Shown one piece after another: positions 1 through 8,346 of a DNA stretch of 45,394 nucleotides; position 1 is the first letter of the stretch, and each line of letters starts with the position of its first letter. The translations under genes and the position numbers were made by a program. The notes beneath the pieces were generated by a model. It had not been told where the DNA came from. It was given only the letters and a program-made list of their open reading frames with translations, and made no database searches. The stretch comes from a virus. Taxonomy: Duplodnaviria; Caudoviricetes. Where the stretch lies: positions 1-45,394 of IMG/VR virus record IMGVR_UViG_3300043036_000147; one strand, written 5' to 3'.

Positions 1-127
1 GTGAGGATCAAGCATGACCATTACTCCATCCCGCGACAACGCCAAGCTCATCGACCGCAGTGACATTGAGGCTTACTACGACATCATGTTCAGCGGTCTG
101 CCCGAAGGGCACCTGACCGTGCGAGGA
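1..127. repeat. 127-bp terminal direct repeat (copy 1); identical to 45268-45394
   Basis: Exact identity of the first and last 127 nt. 127 is a common assembler k-mer size, so this marks a circular, complete contig. Confidence 0.95.
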
Positions 128-2506
128 ATTGGTGAGAAGGGCACTCGCCAAGAGGGGCGATTCCGCGAGCAGCACTTCGCCATGTCGAGTGACACCGACA
201 TCCCCGATTGGGTTGCTGGGCACGCGAAGCGTTGGGGCAATCACCAGATCGCCACGTTCTGCGTGCCTGCCATTTTGTCCAGACCGAATGGAGACGCTGC
301 CAGCGTGGCTGCGATGGGCTGCATGATCTTGGACATGGACACCGACTGCGACACGCAGGAGGCGTGGGAGTGGCTGACGGCGACCATTGGTGAGCCGACG
401 ATGGTGGTGCGCAGTGGCGGCATCAATGGTGCCGGTTCACCGAAGCGGCACTTCTACTGGCGCTTGTCCGATGGTCACACCGAGATTCAGCGCATCGTGG
501 AGCTTCGCCATGTGCTCGCCCTGCGGTCTGGCGGTGACGTGCAGTTTGGCGTGGGCGACCACGGCGCTGCTCTCGGTCGAGCGCATCAGCCGATCCGCAT
601 TCCCGGCACCGTCCATAGCAAGGGCGGAGTCGTGTCAGAGGTGATCCTGGAGCAATACGACGACGCCGTCACCTATTCGCTCAGCGACATGGAGATCGCG
701 ATTCGCGCCATGCCTGCGGCACCCTGGTTGTCGGCAAGGGACCTTGACCGCGTTGACCGTCACGCAAATGGCAGCAGCATGCGGTCGCTGTTCGACACGT
801 CCAGCGGCAAGGAGCTTGGTGCCGGTCAAGCGCTGCTCAACACCAAGATTCACAGTGGCACCGCAGATGGCGTCAGCCGATACGACGCATTCAATGCGGT
901 CAGTGGTCACTACCTGCGCATCGCTCGGCTCGGCGAGATGACCGTCGATGATGCCTATGCAGCCCTGCGTGGCTGGGTGCTGGTCAACATGGTTCCACCG
1001 TGGCCCGACGAGCGCATCCGCAGTGAGTGGCGCAAGCTGCTGTCCAAGGATCAGCGTGAGCGTGGGCCGATCGTCAAGCAGACCGTTGCTCCTTCGCTGT
1101 TCAGCGCACAGTCCAGCCCAGATGCAGTTCGAGGCATTGCGGACCACGAGGTCGAGGAGGTCGATGAGATCGAGGTCATTGAAGGCGATGCCCAGGTCGT
1201 GGAGACGCATGTGGCGCATCGTGAATCGCCGCTGCTTCAGTGGGCCGGTCATCGGTGGGTCCAGGACCCTGCTCCAGAGCTGCCGTTCCTGGTGGCTGGG
1301 CTGATCTGCAAGGGTGAGCAGCACATGCTCGCAGCCGAAGGCGGTGCTGGAAAGAGCTACGCCATGATCGACCTCGCGATGCGCGTTGCCGCAAAGGGAG
1401 GCGATCCGACGCTGGAGCTTGAGTGGCTTGGCCAGCCCATCCTGGAAGGCGGCACCGTGGTGCTGATCCTGAACGAGGATTCGATGGTCACGGTGAATGG
1501 TCGCATGGTCAAGCTCAACAAGAATGGCCTGCTTCAGCGTGCCGGTGATCGTTTCATCCCACTGCCGATGTCCACGCTTGGCGGTGCTTTCACGTTGTCG
1601 GACGATGACGGCAACATGACCTCTCGGTGGGCGGAGATGTATGCCGCGCTGAAGCTCATCCCTGATCTGGCATTGGTGATCATGGACACGTTCAGCACGA
1701 TGCTGCATGGTCCTGAAGTCGATTCGGTGATCGTGAATGAGATGATGCGGCAGGCCAACAGGCTGACCGGCGAAACCGGAGCCGCCATGCTGTGGCTGCA
1801 TCACGTTCGGAAGCCGAGCGAGGACCCGGTGCGCAACGTCGAGGACATGAAGAACGCAGTGCGCGGCTCGACCGCCATCTTGGGGGCCATGCGGCTTTGC
1901 TTTGGGATGTGGAGAGCTGGCGACTGGGAGCGACGCTGCAAGGCGATGGGCATGAAGGCTGACCGCGATGCCATCTGGCGGTGTGCGGTCGTCAAAACGA
2001 ATCTGGACGTGCCGCTGATCAGCGAGAAGACGCTCGTCAGGCGCGAAGGAAGGCTGCTGGACCTCTCCGATTCCGATCCCTACAACAGGGGCAACCACGA
2101 CATTCGGGCTGCTTGGCTGGTCCTGGCTGTGAGGGAAGCCGCCAAGGCTGGCTTCCCCATGAGCAAGGGCGGGAAGAATGCCGCTGACGGCCTCTACGCC
2201 CGCAGGTCTGGCCTGCCGGAGGAGATCGGACGGCTTGGTCACCGCGAGTTGGCCAGCGCAGTCGAGCTGGCACTGGAGAAGAAGCTGATCGTCGCATGCT
2301 CGGCCAAGGGCGGGGCCAGTCCGAAGTGGCTGGACGTGCCGACGGGGACGTTTGCGACTCAGGTCGGCGGAGCTGACATGGAGAAGGGGGCCTGGACGCC
2401 GCCAGACTGGTCTGAATGGGTCTTTGACGGGGGCCAGGGCATCTGCGTCAAGGGCGGAAATGGCGCTCAGCACGTCCTGACCAGCTTGATGAGCAAGGCG
2501 CAATAG
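14..2506 (+). CDS. Primase-helicase: RepB/AEP-type primase N-terminus plus AAA_25/RecA-like helicase C-terminus
   Basis: N-terminal ILDMD, PTMVVRSGG, RHFYWRL and PIRIPGT primase motifs. C-terminal Walker A AEGGAGKS, Walker B LVIMD, LHHVRK and RGSTA. Coupled by ATGA to the upstream gene across the circular junction. Confidence 0.88.
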   Translation: MTITPSRDNAKLIDRSDIEAYYDIMFSGLPEGHLTVRGIGEKGTRQEGRFREQHFAMSSDTDIPDWVAGHAKRWGNHQIATFCVPAILSRPNGDAASVAAMGCMILDMDTDCDTQEAWEWLTATIGEPTMVVRSGGINGAGSPKRHFYWRLSDGHTEIQRIVELRHVLALRSGGDVQFGVGDHGAALGRAHQPIRIPGTVHSKGGVVSEVILEQYDDAVTYSLSDMEIAIRAMPAAPWLSARDLDRVDRHANGSSMRSLFDTSSGKELGAGQALLNTKIHSGTADGVSRYDAFNAVSGHYLRIARLGEMTVDDAYAALRGWVLVNMVPPWPDERIRSEWRKLLSKDQRERGPIVKQTVAPSLFSAQSSPDAVRGIADHEVEEVDEIEVIEGDAQVVETHVAHRESPLLQWAGHRWVQDPAPELPFLVAGLICKGEQHMLAAEGGAGKSYAMIDLAMRVAAKGGDPTLELEWLGQPILEGGTVVLILNEDSMVTVNGRMVKLNKNGLLQRAGDRFIPLPMSTLGGAFTLSDDDGNMTSRWAEMYAALKLIPDLALVIMDTFSTMLHGPEVDSVIVNEMMRQANRLTGETGAAMLWLHHVRKPSEDPVRNVEDMKNAVRGSTAILGAMRLCFGMWRAGDWERRCKAMGMKADRDAIWRCAVVKTNLDVPLISEKTLVRREGRLLDLSDSDPYNRGNHDIRAAWLVLAVREAAKAGFPMSKGGKNAADGLYARRSGLPEEIGRLGHRELASAVELALEKKLIVACSAKGGASPKWLDVPTGTFATQVGGADMEKGAWTPPDWSEWVFDGGQGICVKGGNGAQHVLTSLMSKAQ

Positions 2507-2541
2507 AATTTCCCCTTGTTGGGGCAAACCAAAACACGAAC

Positions 2542-2985
2542 ATGAATACGAACACGGACACGATGACGCAATACACCGGCACGAAAACACTCATGGCGAA
2601 GCCCATGACGAGAGGCGAATACAACGCCTTGCGCGAATGGAAGAGTATCCCAGGTGAAGACCAAGAGGCACCCGGCTATCTGGTGGAATACGAGGACAGG
2701 GGAACACCAAACCATGAGGACTTCAAGGGCTACATTTCCTGGTCACCGCAGGAGGTCTTTGAGAAGGTTTACTGGCCTTCGGCATCACCCGAGGATCGGG
2801 TGCGTCAGGAGGTCAAGGAACTGGTCAAGAAGGTCATTGCTTTGAGCCACTTCTTCACGACTGACGCCTTCAGGGAGCTGCCTGAAGGGCAGCGTGAATT
2901 GATGCGGAATCAGATCAGTTTGATGATGGAACTGGGGATGATTCTTCGCGCCAGATTGGACGCATGGAAGCTCACGGAGAGCTGA
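2542..2985 (+). CDS. Two-domain conserved phage protein, candidate anti-defence (signal-sponge-associated domains)
   Basis: N-terminal YTGTK...GYLVEY...YISWSPQEVFEKVY domain plus C-terminal helical hairpin (DRVRQEVKEL...QRELMRNQ...ILRARL) resembling the crAss001_48-like family, recalled from memory. Confidence 0.6.
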   Translation: MNTNTDTMTQYTGTKTLMAKPMTRGEYNALREWKSIPGEDQEAPGYLVEYEDRGTPNHEDFKGYISWSPQEVFEKVYWPSASPEDRVRQEVKELVKKVIALSHFFTTDAFRELPEGQRELMRNQISLMMELGMILRARLDAWKLTES

Positions 2986-3004
2986 AATCGCATCCAAGAA
3001 AACG

Positions 3005-3038
3005 AGGACACGGGGCCAAAAGCTCCGTGTCCTTTTTT
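3005..3038 (+). terminator. Intrinsic terminator
   Basis: 12-bp stem AGGACACGGGGC/GCTCCGTGTCCT, loop CAAAA, followed by a T run, just after the 2542-2985 gene. Confidence 0.75.
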
Positions 3039-3042
3039 ATGG

Positions 3043-3522
3043 TTGAAGCCAGTGAGCCTTGAGGACAAATTATCCGTCCTTATGAAAATCGAAGACATCA
3101 GCAGCGATCCAAATTATCTCTCTCACCTTTGCGCGCAGCTCCGCATGTTCTGTGCATCCAATCAGGTGATGCGAGGCGGTAAAAACACTCACATGGGCCT
3201 GTTTTGGCACATCAAAAATGGCAACAATCCACTCTCTCGTCCACTTGGGTGGAGGGCATGCGATGTCCTGGTGGACGAATGCGTTCGCCTTGGCTACCTC
3301 GTTTTGGAGCCGCTAAAAAACAAGCTCCGGTTGAACCCAACTTACAAGATTCCATCCGCCAATGACTTCCAAATCATGGAAAAACTAGCGGTCGATATTT
3401 ACCTTTCTGGCGTTACAAATGGGCGGTTCTCGACCTCCATTTCAACCCGGGACGGGGTGGAAACAATGAGGAAATTGGTGGATTTCCTGGGCTTCCTTAA
3501 AAACCATAAAACGGCGGATTGA
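3043..3522 (+). CDS. Hypothetical protein, possibly winged-helix DNA-binding; start uncertain (TTG 3043 or ATG 3082)
   Basis: 159-aa ORF filling the gap; segment LGWRACDVLVDECVRLGYLVLEP looks wHTH-like. Confidence 0.5.
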   Translation: MKPVSLEDKLSVLMKIEDISSDPNYLSHLCAQLRMFCASNQVMRGGKNTHMGLFWHIKNGNNPLSRPLGWRACDVLVDECVRLGYLVLEPLKNKLRLNPTYKIPSANDFQIMEKLAVDIYLSGVTNGRFSTSISTRDGVETMRKLVDFLGFLKNHKTAD

Positions 3523-3860
3523 TCGTTCGATTTCTGGATTTGAGGACACGGGCCCAGAGGGTTAAAATCCTGCTGGGCCCTTTGATTATCAAGCGTTCCA
3601 CAAGTGTTCCATGAAAATAGGCCAGGGTGCTTTTTGTTATAATTACTAGAGCCCGGCCTAAAAAAATTAGGAATCGGAATTTACCCCTCTGAAACCACTG
3701 ATTATCAATGGTTTCAGAAAATAGGACACGGGGACTATATAAAGAGAAGGAGGACTGGACTCCGTCCGTCCTATCAACTCTTCATCTCATCCTCTCCGAG
3801 GACTGCGGGGACTATCCGCTTCGCTGTCCCCTCGCCTCTGCAAGTCGATCTTCCGTTACA
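3523..3860. other. Putative replication origin / control region
   Basis: AT-rich region with AGGACACGGG repeats (3543, 3723; also 3005), two TGATTATCAA near-palindromes (3583, 3699), inverted repeat CTGAAACCA/TGGTTTCAG (3689-3717) and a GGGGAC-...CGCTTCGCT-GTCCCC hairpin (3807-3831). Lies downstream of the primase-helicase. Confidence 0.5.
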
Positions 3861-3931
3861 TCTTTATGCGCGAAGATTGGGCTGGTGAGCAAAGGTGGTT
3901 GCGCAAAAAGAAAATGCGTTGAGGATGCGGC

Positions 3932-4462
3932 ATGGGAATCGACAACAGACCAATGGTGGAAGAGCTGGCAGCAGAAATTGCGGCTGAGAAAAACATGCGC
4001 CGAAGCACGAAAAAACATGCGCCGAAGCACGGCAAGGCGACCACGCATCTCTGCGAGCGCAACGAGCGCGGCGTGATGTGGCCGACGCAGGCGATGAGTG
4101 CGCTGGAGCGGCAGTTTTTGAACTGCTGGCAGTATCACCACGGGCCAGACTTGGAACGGGAAACGGCTTTTGATCTGGAGGCGGGAGGCACGCGCCGCTG
4201 GCGTGCTGACTTTGTCCACCGTGAGAGCGGAACCCTGATTGAGATTGAGGGCGGCGCATGGAGCGGTGGACGGCACACGAGAGGAAAGGGATTCATCGAA
4301 GATGCGGAAAAGTATCTGCGGGCCTTCCAGCTCGGCTGGAATGTGCTTCGGCTAAGCTCAGGGCAGGTGAATCTTGCGGACGTGGGGCGGATTGTGGCAA
4401 AACTTCGCGGCGGGGAAGCTGGAAAGGCGGGAGCGCCGCAATGGTTGCAAAGTTTGCCATGA
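3932..4462 (+). CDS. PD-(D/E)XK endonuclease (Vsr/DUF559-like)
   Basis: RRWRADF...LIEIEGGAWSGGRHTRGKGFIEDAEKY...GWNVLR is the typical motif set of this small phage endonuclease family. Confidence 0.85.
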   Translation: MGIDNRPMVEELAAEIAAEKNMRRSTKKHAPKHGKATTHLCERNERGVMWPTQAMSALERQFLNCWQYHHGPDLERETAFDLEAGGTRRWRADFVHRESGTLIEIEGGAWSGGRHTRGKGFIEDAEKYLRAFQLGWNVLRLSSGQVNLADVGRIVAKLRGGEAGKAGAPQWLQSLP

Positions 4463-4553
4463 ATTTCGCGCTTGAATGCGTCGCGAGGGTGACCATAGCG
4501 GAAAGGGGGGGGCGATGCGTTAAAACGGATTTAAAATGGCAGGAAAAGGGCAC

Positions 4554-4585
4554 AAAAAAGCCGCAACTCGTGAGAGTTGCGGCTT
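4554..4585 (-). terminator. Intrinsic terminator ending the minus-strand operon
   Basis: 12-bp stem AAGCCGCAACTC/GAGTTGCGGCTT with a 4-nt loop; A6 on the + strand gives a U-tract on the minus strand; lies between convergent genes. Confidence 0.85.
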
Positions 4586-4614
4586 ATAGTGGGGCGGGCG
4601 GGTTGAGCGCTGGT

Positions 4615-4905
4615 TTATTGTTCGTCGTCTGGCCCAAGGATTAGAATCACTGTGGACTCGGTGGCACATGCCAGCCCAAAGGCGGGGTTGCGGCTGAACT
4701 CGTCTGTGATGTCGTTCCCGTCGTCGTCCTTTTCCGTTGAAAAGACGACGTGCCCGCCAAGCTCCGCCGCTTTATCTTGCCACTGTTTGCACCAGCGGTT
4801 CACCTGCTCTATCTCCTCATCTTCGAGGCCGGAGTCGTCCCCATTGTAGATGGAGCACAAGGCCCATGTCGGAACGTCGTCCTGATATTCTGCGAGTGTA
4901 TTCAT
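4615..4905 (-). CDS. Small acidic hypothetical protein (putative early gene)
   Basis: 96-aa ORF, VPTWALCSIYNGDDSGLEDEE motif, C/A-rich leader. Confidence 0.75.
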   Translation of the reverse strand: MNTLAEYQDDVPTWALCSIYNGDDSGLEDEEIEQVNRWCKQWQDKAAELGGHVVFSTEKDDDGNDITDEFSRNPAFGLACATESTVILILGPDDEQ

Positions 4906-4926
4906 GATGGTCTGTGATGTCGGGGA

Positions 4927-5028
4927 TTAGTGCCAAAGGATGATTGCGACTGATAACAGGGCGATTGTGCCGAGTATCCAAGCGCCTAACATGATCATCA
5001 TTTCGGCAGGGGTATCGTGTGGACTCAT
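4927..5028 (-). CDS. 33-aa membrane peptide (not in ORF track): MSPHDTPAEMMIMLGAWILGTIALLSVAIILWH
   Basis: Translated by hand; fills the gap between neighbouring minus-strand genes; single hydrophobic helix. Confidence 0.55.
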   Translation of the reverse strand: MSPHDTPAEMMIMLGAWILGTIALLSVAIILWH

Positions 5029-5032
5029 GGGA

Positions 5033-5185
5033 TTAAAGGGACTGAAAAGCGGTTATTATGAGGGCGGATAGAATGACAAGCAAGGCGAGCAAAGCGCGAG
5101 CGAGTCGGACTTTTGGGGAGGCGCGGCGCTTGTATGGCTTGAGGCGTGAAAGGATGGGAAGGATAGGGCGTAGGGGCGAGGGCAT
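5033..5185 (-). CDS. Small basic membrane protein
   Basis: Start re-called at ATG 5185 after a C-rich leader; basic N-terminus and C-terminal hydrophobic helix. Confidence 0.55.
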   Translation of the reverse strand: MPSPLRPILPILSRLKPYKRRASPKVRLARALLALLVILSALIITAFQSL

Positions 5186-5204
5186 GGGGTGAAAGGGTAA
5201 ATAT

Positions 5205-5366
5205 TTACTGGCGTGCATAAATGACCATGGAACGTGTGGAACTGGGGAAGCAGGAAACCATTCTTTGCGCCTCGTGCTCCGTTAGGTTGCGTTGCAAAAC
5301 TTGGCGGCGCTGTGAATGGCGCATGACTTTGATCACCTTGTATCTTTGGGCGGGTTGCGTTGTCAT
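5205..5366 (-). CDS. Small hypothetical protein
   Basis: MTTQPAQRYKVIKV...NLTEHEAQ; ATG 5366 preceded by leader ACCCATCACCACCTCAATTT. Confidence 0.65.
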   Translation of the reverse strand: MTTQPAQRYKVIKVMRHSQRRQVLQRNLTEHEAQRMVSCFPSSTRSMVIYARQ

Positions 5367-5385
5367 AAATTGAGGTGGTGATGGG

Positions 5386-6264
5386 TTAGAGACTGGAAAC
5401 AAGCGCTTGAATGCGCTCAAGCTCGCGCCATGTGATGCGGTGGCATCCCGCTACCACGCCTTCCAAGTTGATGGAGTCAACGTGATAGCCGACTACCTGA
5501 AAGGTTGTGCCGTTACGGTGCCAGCCGTGTTCGCGATGCGAGAAAACAAAGGCGAGCGATGTTCTGGCCTCATCCATGGGGATGGTGATGCCCTTGGAAG
5601 TTTGCACTACGTTGGATTCTGGCCCTTGTAGGATGCGCAGATACGTTGCACCACCGGGGAGGCGGTAGGTCGGGACGTCCTCGCCTGCCAACCATTTGCG
5701 CAGGTTCTCGCGTGCCTCCTTTTCCTCCTGTTCCTGCTGTAGTTTCATTCGTGCCTCGCGCTCCGCTTGGCGCTTTGCTTGCTCCGCTTGCATGGCCTCA
5801 ATGCCTTGAACGGTGCAAAGCATGCCGAGGCCGAATACGTCGCTTGTCTCTTGCGCGAGCGTAATCATGAAGAGGCATTCCGTTTCGTGCCTCTCAATCA
5901 CGGATTTGCGCCGTGGATAATCGCGGCGGGTTTCCGTGGCGGTTTTATGCGCATGCAGCGCCGCTTGCATGAGGGCTTCAGCGAAGCTGCCGGGATTTGA
6001 CACCTGATCAGAAGGGCCGCTGATGATGCGCATGAAGCCGGGGATTGCACGGCGCAAAAGGGTTTGATGCTTGCCGGTCGTGCGGGAATAATCCCGAGTG
6101 TTAAGGATCACGAGGTTGTGCTCAGGATAAAGGCAGGCGATGGAGGCAGCGTATGATTTATAGACGCGCCCTTCAAAGCTCATAGATGAGGGGGCACGAC
6201 CATACGGGGCGCGTTGATGAATATAGATGTGGGGCAGTTCGGCGGAGGTATAAACGGTTTTCAT
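5386..6264 (-). CDS. Hypothetical protein (putative early gene) directly downstream of the hammerhead ribozyme
   Basis: 292-aa ORF with a CACCAA-repeat leader. Confidence 0.8.
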   Translation of the reverse strand: MKTVYTSAELPHIYIHQRAPYGRAPSSMSFEGRVYKSYAASIACLYPEHNLVILNTRDYSRTTGKHQTLLRRAIPGFMRIISGPSDQVSNPGSFAEALMQAALHAHKTATETRRDYPRRKSVIERHETECLFMITLAQETSDVFGLGMLCTVQGIEAMQAEQAKRQAEREARMKLQQEQEEKEARENLRKWLAGEDVPTYRLPGGATYLRILQGPESNVVQTSKGITIPMDEARTSLAFVFSHREHGWHRNGTTFQVVGYHVDSINLEGVVAGCHRITWRELERIQALVSSL

Positions 6265-6300
6265 TTGGTGTATTGGTGTTTGGTGTTGGTGTTGCGGGTG

Positions 6301-6371
6301 TTGATTATCCGCGAAGCCCGAAAGGGCTTTTCGTCCCGTAATCGGCGGGACTCATCAGGCGGTTTATTCAA
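6301..6371 (-). ncRNA. Type I hammerhead ribozyme
   Basis: Minus strand reads CCGC-CUGAUGA-GUCCCG(CCGAUUA)CGGGAC-GAAA-AGCCC(UUUC)GGGCU-UC-GCGG. The catalytic core is complete and stems I-III pair perfectly. Stem I extends via UUGA/UCAA past an internal loop. Predicted cleavage 3' of C at 6313. Confidence 0.92.
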
Positions 6372-6954
6372 AAATTAAAGCCGATTCGATGCCTTCGATG
6401 GATTCGAGGAATTCCAGCGCCTCGCGTGTGGCCTCGCCTGCGGCCTCTTCGAGCATGTAGGAGCGGCCCCCGCGTGTGTCCTCAAAGCCCCAACAGGATG
6501 CGTTCAACTTTTGCACTACTTCAAACACGCCATTCTCCCTCTCGTGCATGAGTTCGGCGGTAAAGCCGATGTATGACCATTCGTCATTACACCATCCACG
6601 CAGGAAATCAAAATCACGGCGGACGGCTTCTGCAATGATTTCCCCTCTTGTGAGTTCGCTGGCATCCGCTTTTTTGAGCCTCGCGACTAGCCCCGTGATT
6701 TCATCCGTTCCGAGTCCCCATCCGTCACGCTCGGCAATGCGGGCGGCTTCTGCGGCATCGTAGAAGCGATGTGCACCGCGATAAGAGTTTAAAATCCATT
6801 CCCCCGGCCTTTTGTCTCGTGTGCTCCAGTCTGAGACGGGGCCGTGACCCTCGTCCATATCCCATGGAGCCCCGGTGTTTTCGTCTGGGTGTATCAGGAT
6901 GCGGATGGCATAGCCGTTGGCTAGCGTGTGCGTTTGCGTGTTGATGGTGTTCAT
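6364..6954 (-). CDS. Conserved phage hypothetical protein (putative early gene)
   Basis: 196-aa ORF with APWDMDEGHGPVSDW...RDKRPGE and GWCNDEWSYIG motifs. Confidence 0.8.
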   Translation of the reverse strand: MNTINTQTHTLANGYAIRILIHPDENTGAPWDMDEGHGPVSDWSTRDKRPGEWILNSYRGAHRFYDAAEAARIAERDGWGLGTDEITGLVARLKKADASELTRGEIIAEAVRRDFDFLRGWCNDEWSYIGFTAELMHERENGVFEVVQKLNASCWGFEDTRGGRSYMLEEAAGEATREALEFLESIEGIESALIFE

Positions 6955-6959
6955 GGTAT

Positions 6960-6989
6960 GGGGGGGGGGGTGGGATGGTGGGGGGGGGG
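6960..6989 (+). repeat. G11 and G10 homopolymer tracts (poly-C in the mRNA leader)
   Basis: G at 6960-6970 and 6980-6989. Confidence 0.9.
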
Positions 6990-7238
6990 TTAAAGGGCGG
7001 CCAGAACTTTACTAGGGACTGGCATATCGTTTGCAACGTAGCGAGCGTGCACCTTGTATTTATGGCCACCGCTTTGCAGGGAGCGCCCAAAGCCGCGAAA
7101 TGACAGCTTGATGTCTCCATGGGTGACGCCTCGCCAGCCCCAAACGTTGTTTCGGATGTCGGCGGGGACGTAGCAGTGACCAAAGCGGCGGGTTTGCAGG
7201 GCAAGGGTAATGAGTTTTTTTGCGTGTTCGGTGTTCAT
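6990..7238 (-). CDS. Hypothetical protein
   Basis: 82-aa ORF; leader CCCATACC-ATG shared with the next gene. Confidence 0.7.
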   Translation of the reverse strand: MNTEHAKKLITLALQTRRFGHCYVPADIRNNVWGWRGVTHGDIKLSFRGFGRSLQSGGHKYKVHARYVANDMPVPSKVLAAL

Positions 7239-7256
7239 GGTATGGGATTGGATGGG

Positions 7257-7451
7257 TTAGAAGGTGAATCCGGTGAAACAAGGGCAGAAACCACGGCGAA
7301 AGATTTCACTGCTTGCGTCGCTCCATCGTGTGAGGCTGTAGGCCTTAGATGTTGCATCATAGTGACCGCGAACCCAGACGGCCGCGGTGTCGGATGCAAT
7401 GAGGCGGACGAGTGCGCCGGGTTTGGTTTGGTTGATGGTGGTCTTTTTCAT
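7257..7451 (-). CDS. Hypothetical protein
   Basis: 64-aa ORF with C/A-rich leader, tightly packed. Confidence 0.65.
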   Translation of the reverse strand: MKKTTINQTKPGALVRLIASDTAAVWVRGHYDATSKAYSLTRWSDASSEIFRRGFCPCFTGFTF

Positions 7452-7463
7452 GGTGGTAGTGGG

Positions 7464-7616
7464 TTAAAAGTTCCAAGGCTTCGCGCCGTGCTGTTTTGCG
7501 ATGGCGTTTGCCTCGCGTTTGCCCTTGACGGGGTAGATCGTGCCGTCCACAGGGCGGACTTGTGGCGTGATGCGGACGGTTGGCTGTTTGCCGGTGGTGT
7601 AATGTGCGTATAGCAT
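7464..7616 (-). CDS. Hypothetical protein (first gene of the minus-strand operon)
   Basis: Start re-called at ATG 7616 after leader CACAACCCACCCCCACACACCACC. Confidence 0.65.
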   Translation of the reverse strand: MLYAHYTTGKQPTVRITPQVRPVDGTIYPVKGKREANAIAKQHGAKPWNF

Positions 7617-7649
7617 GGTGGTGTGTGGGGGTGGGTTGTGCGGTGTCGC

Positions 7650-7684
7650 GACACTTATCTGGCGCATAACGCGCCACAAGTCAA
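7650..7684 (-). promoter_or_regulatory. Putative promoter/operator of the minus-strand operon
   Basis: TTGACT (7684-7679) followed by the palindrome TGGCGC-N5-GCGCCA; the -10 element is weak. Confidence 0.4.
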
Positions 7685-7729
7685 GAGCAACCGGCTTTAT
7701 CTTTGCAGAGGGGGCGCATAAAATCGTGT

Positions 7730-8281
7730 ATGGAAGATACCAGAACGGGCGGAGGCATCGCATTCAATGAGGGTGCCGTAAGTAAAAATTCTAGCGATGG
7801 CCGATTCGTGGCAACTCAGAAGCTGACAGAAAAGCAGGAGGCTTTTTGCGTCGCCATCGTGGGCAATGGAGGCAATGCGGCACAAGCGGCTCTAACTGCG
7901 GGATACGCTAGCCGTCATAGCGCTTATGAGCTACAGGACTTGCCAAGCATCCAAGCCCGCATCAAGCAACTCCAAGGTAGGAGAATTTCTGGCTCCATGA
8001 GTAATAAAGCCCTAGACGTGCTTGATGACATCATGGGAAGCCCCGCATACCCGGCAGCGGCTAGGGTATCTGCTGCCAAAACAGTCCTAGAAATGGCAGG
8101 GCATGGCATCGTCGCGCAGGGCCAGCGCCTCCGCTACGGGCTGGACACTGAGAGCAAGGGGCTTGAGGAGATGTCCACTACTGAGCTTGAGGCATTCGTG
8201 AGCCGTCAAAGGGCGGCGCTTGACAGCCTTGAGGACGTATCGCGCTCAAATTCCGCCCCAGTCATTGAGCTAGAGCCTTGA
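7730..8281 (+). CDS. terS: Terminase small subunit
   Basis: LTEKQEAFC...GNAAQAALTAGY...PSIQARI is the HTH typical of TerS. ATG 7730 chosen as start. Confidence 0.8.
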   Translation: MEDTRTGGGIAFNEGAVSKNSSDGRFVATQKLTEKQEAFCVAIVGNGGNAAQAALTAGYASRHSAYELQDLPSIQARIKQLQGRRISGSMSNKALDVLDDIMGSPAYPAAARVSAAKTVLEMAGHGIVAQGQRLRYGLDTESKGLEEMSTTELEAFVSRQRAALDSLEDVSRSNSAPVIELEP

Positions 8282-8346
8282 TACTCAATGCTTTACACTG
8301 CCCCGGTAGGGCAGTGAGGTTGACAAGGCCGAGGCATGGATGGTCT

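Noticed and set aside
635-2590. 651-aa minus-strand ORF and other long antisense ORFs (e.g. 16675-17739, 34614-35708)
   Set aside because: They are shadows of GC-rich, codon-biased genes on the opposite strand and show no protein motifs.
3708-4076. 122-aa ORF across the putative origin
   Set aside because: It overlaps palindromes and the endonuclease gene, and has no recognisable features or CA-rich leader.
6020-6040. Second CTGATGA hammerhead core
   Set aside because: It lacks the stem II/GAAA/stem III arrangement and lies antisense within a gene.
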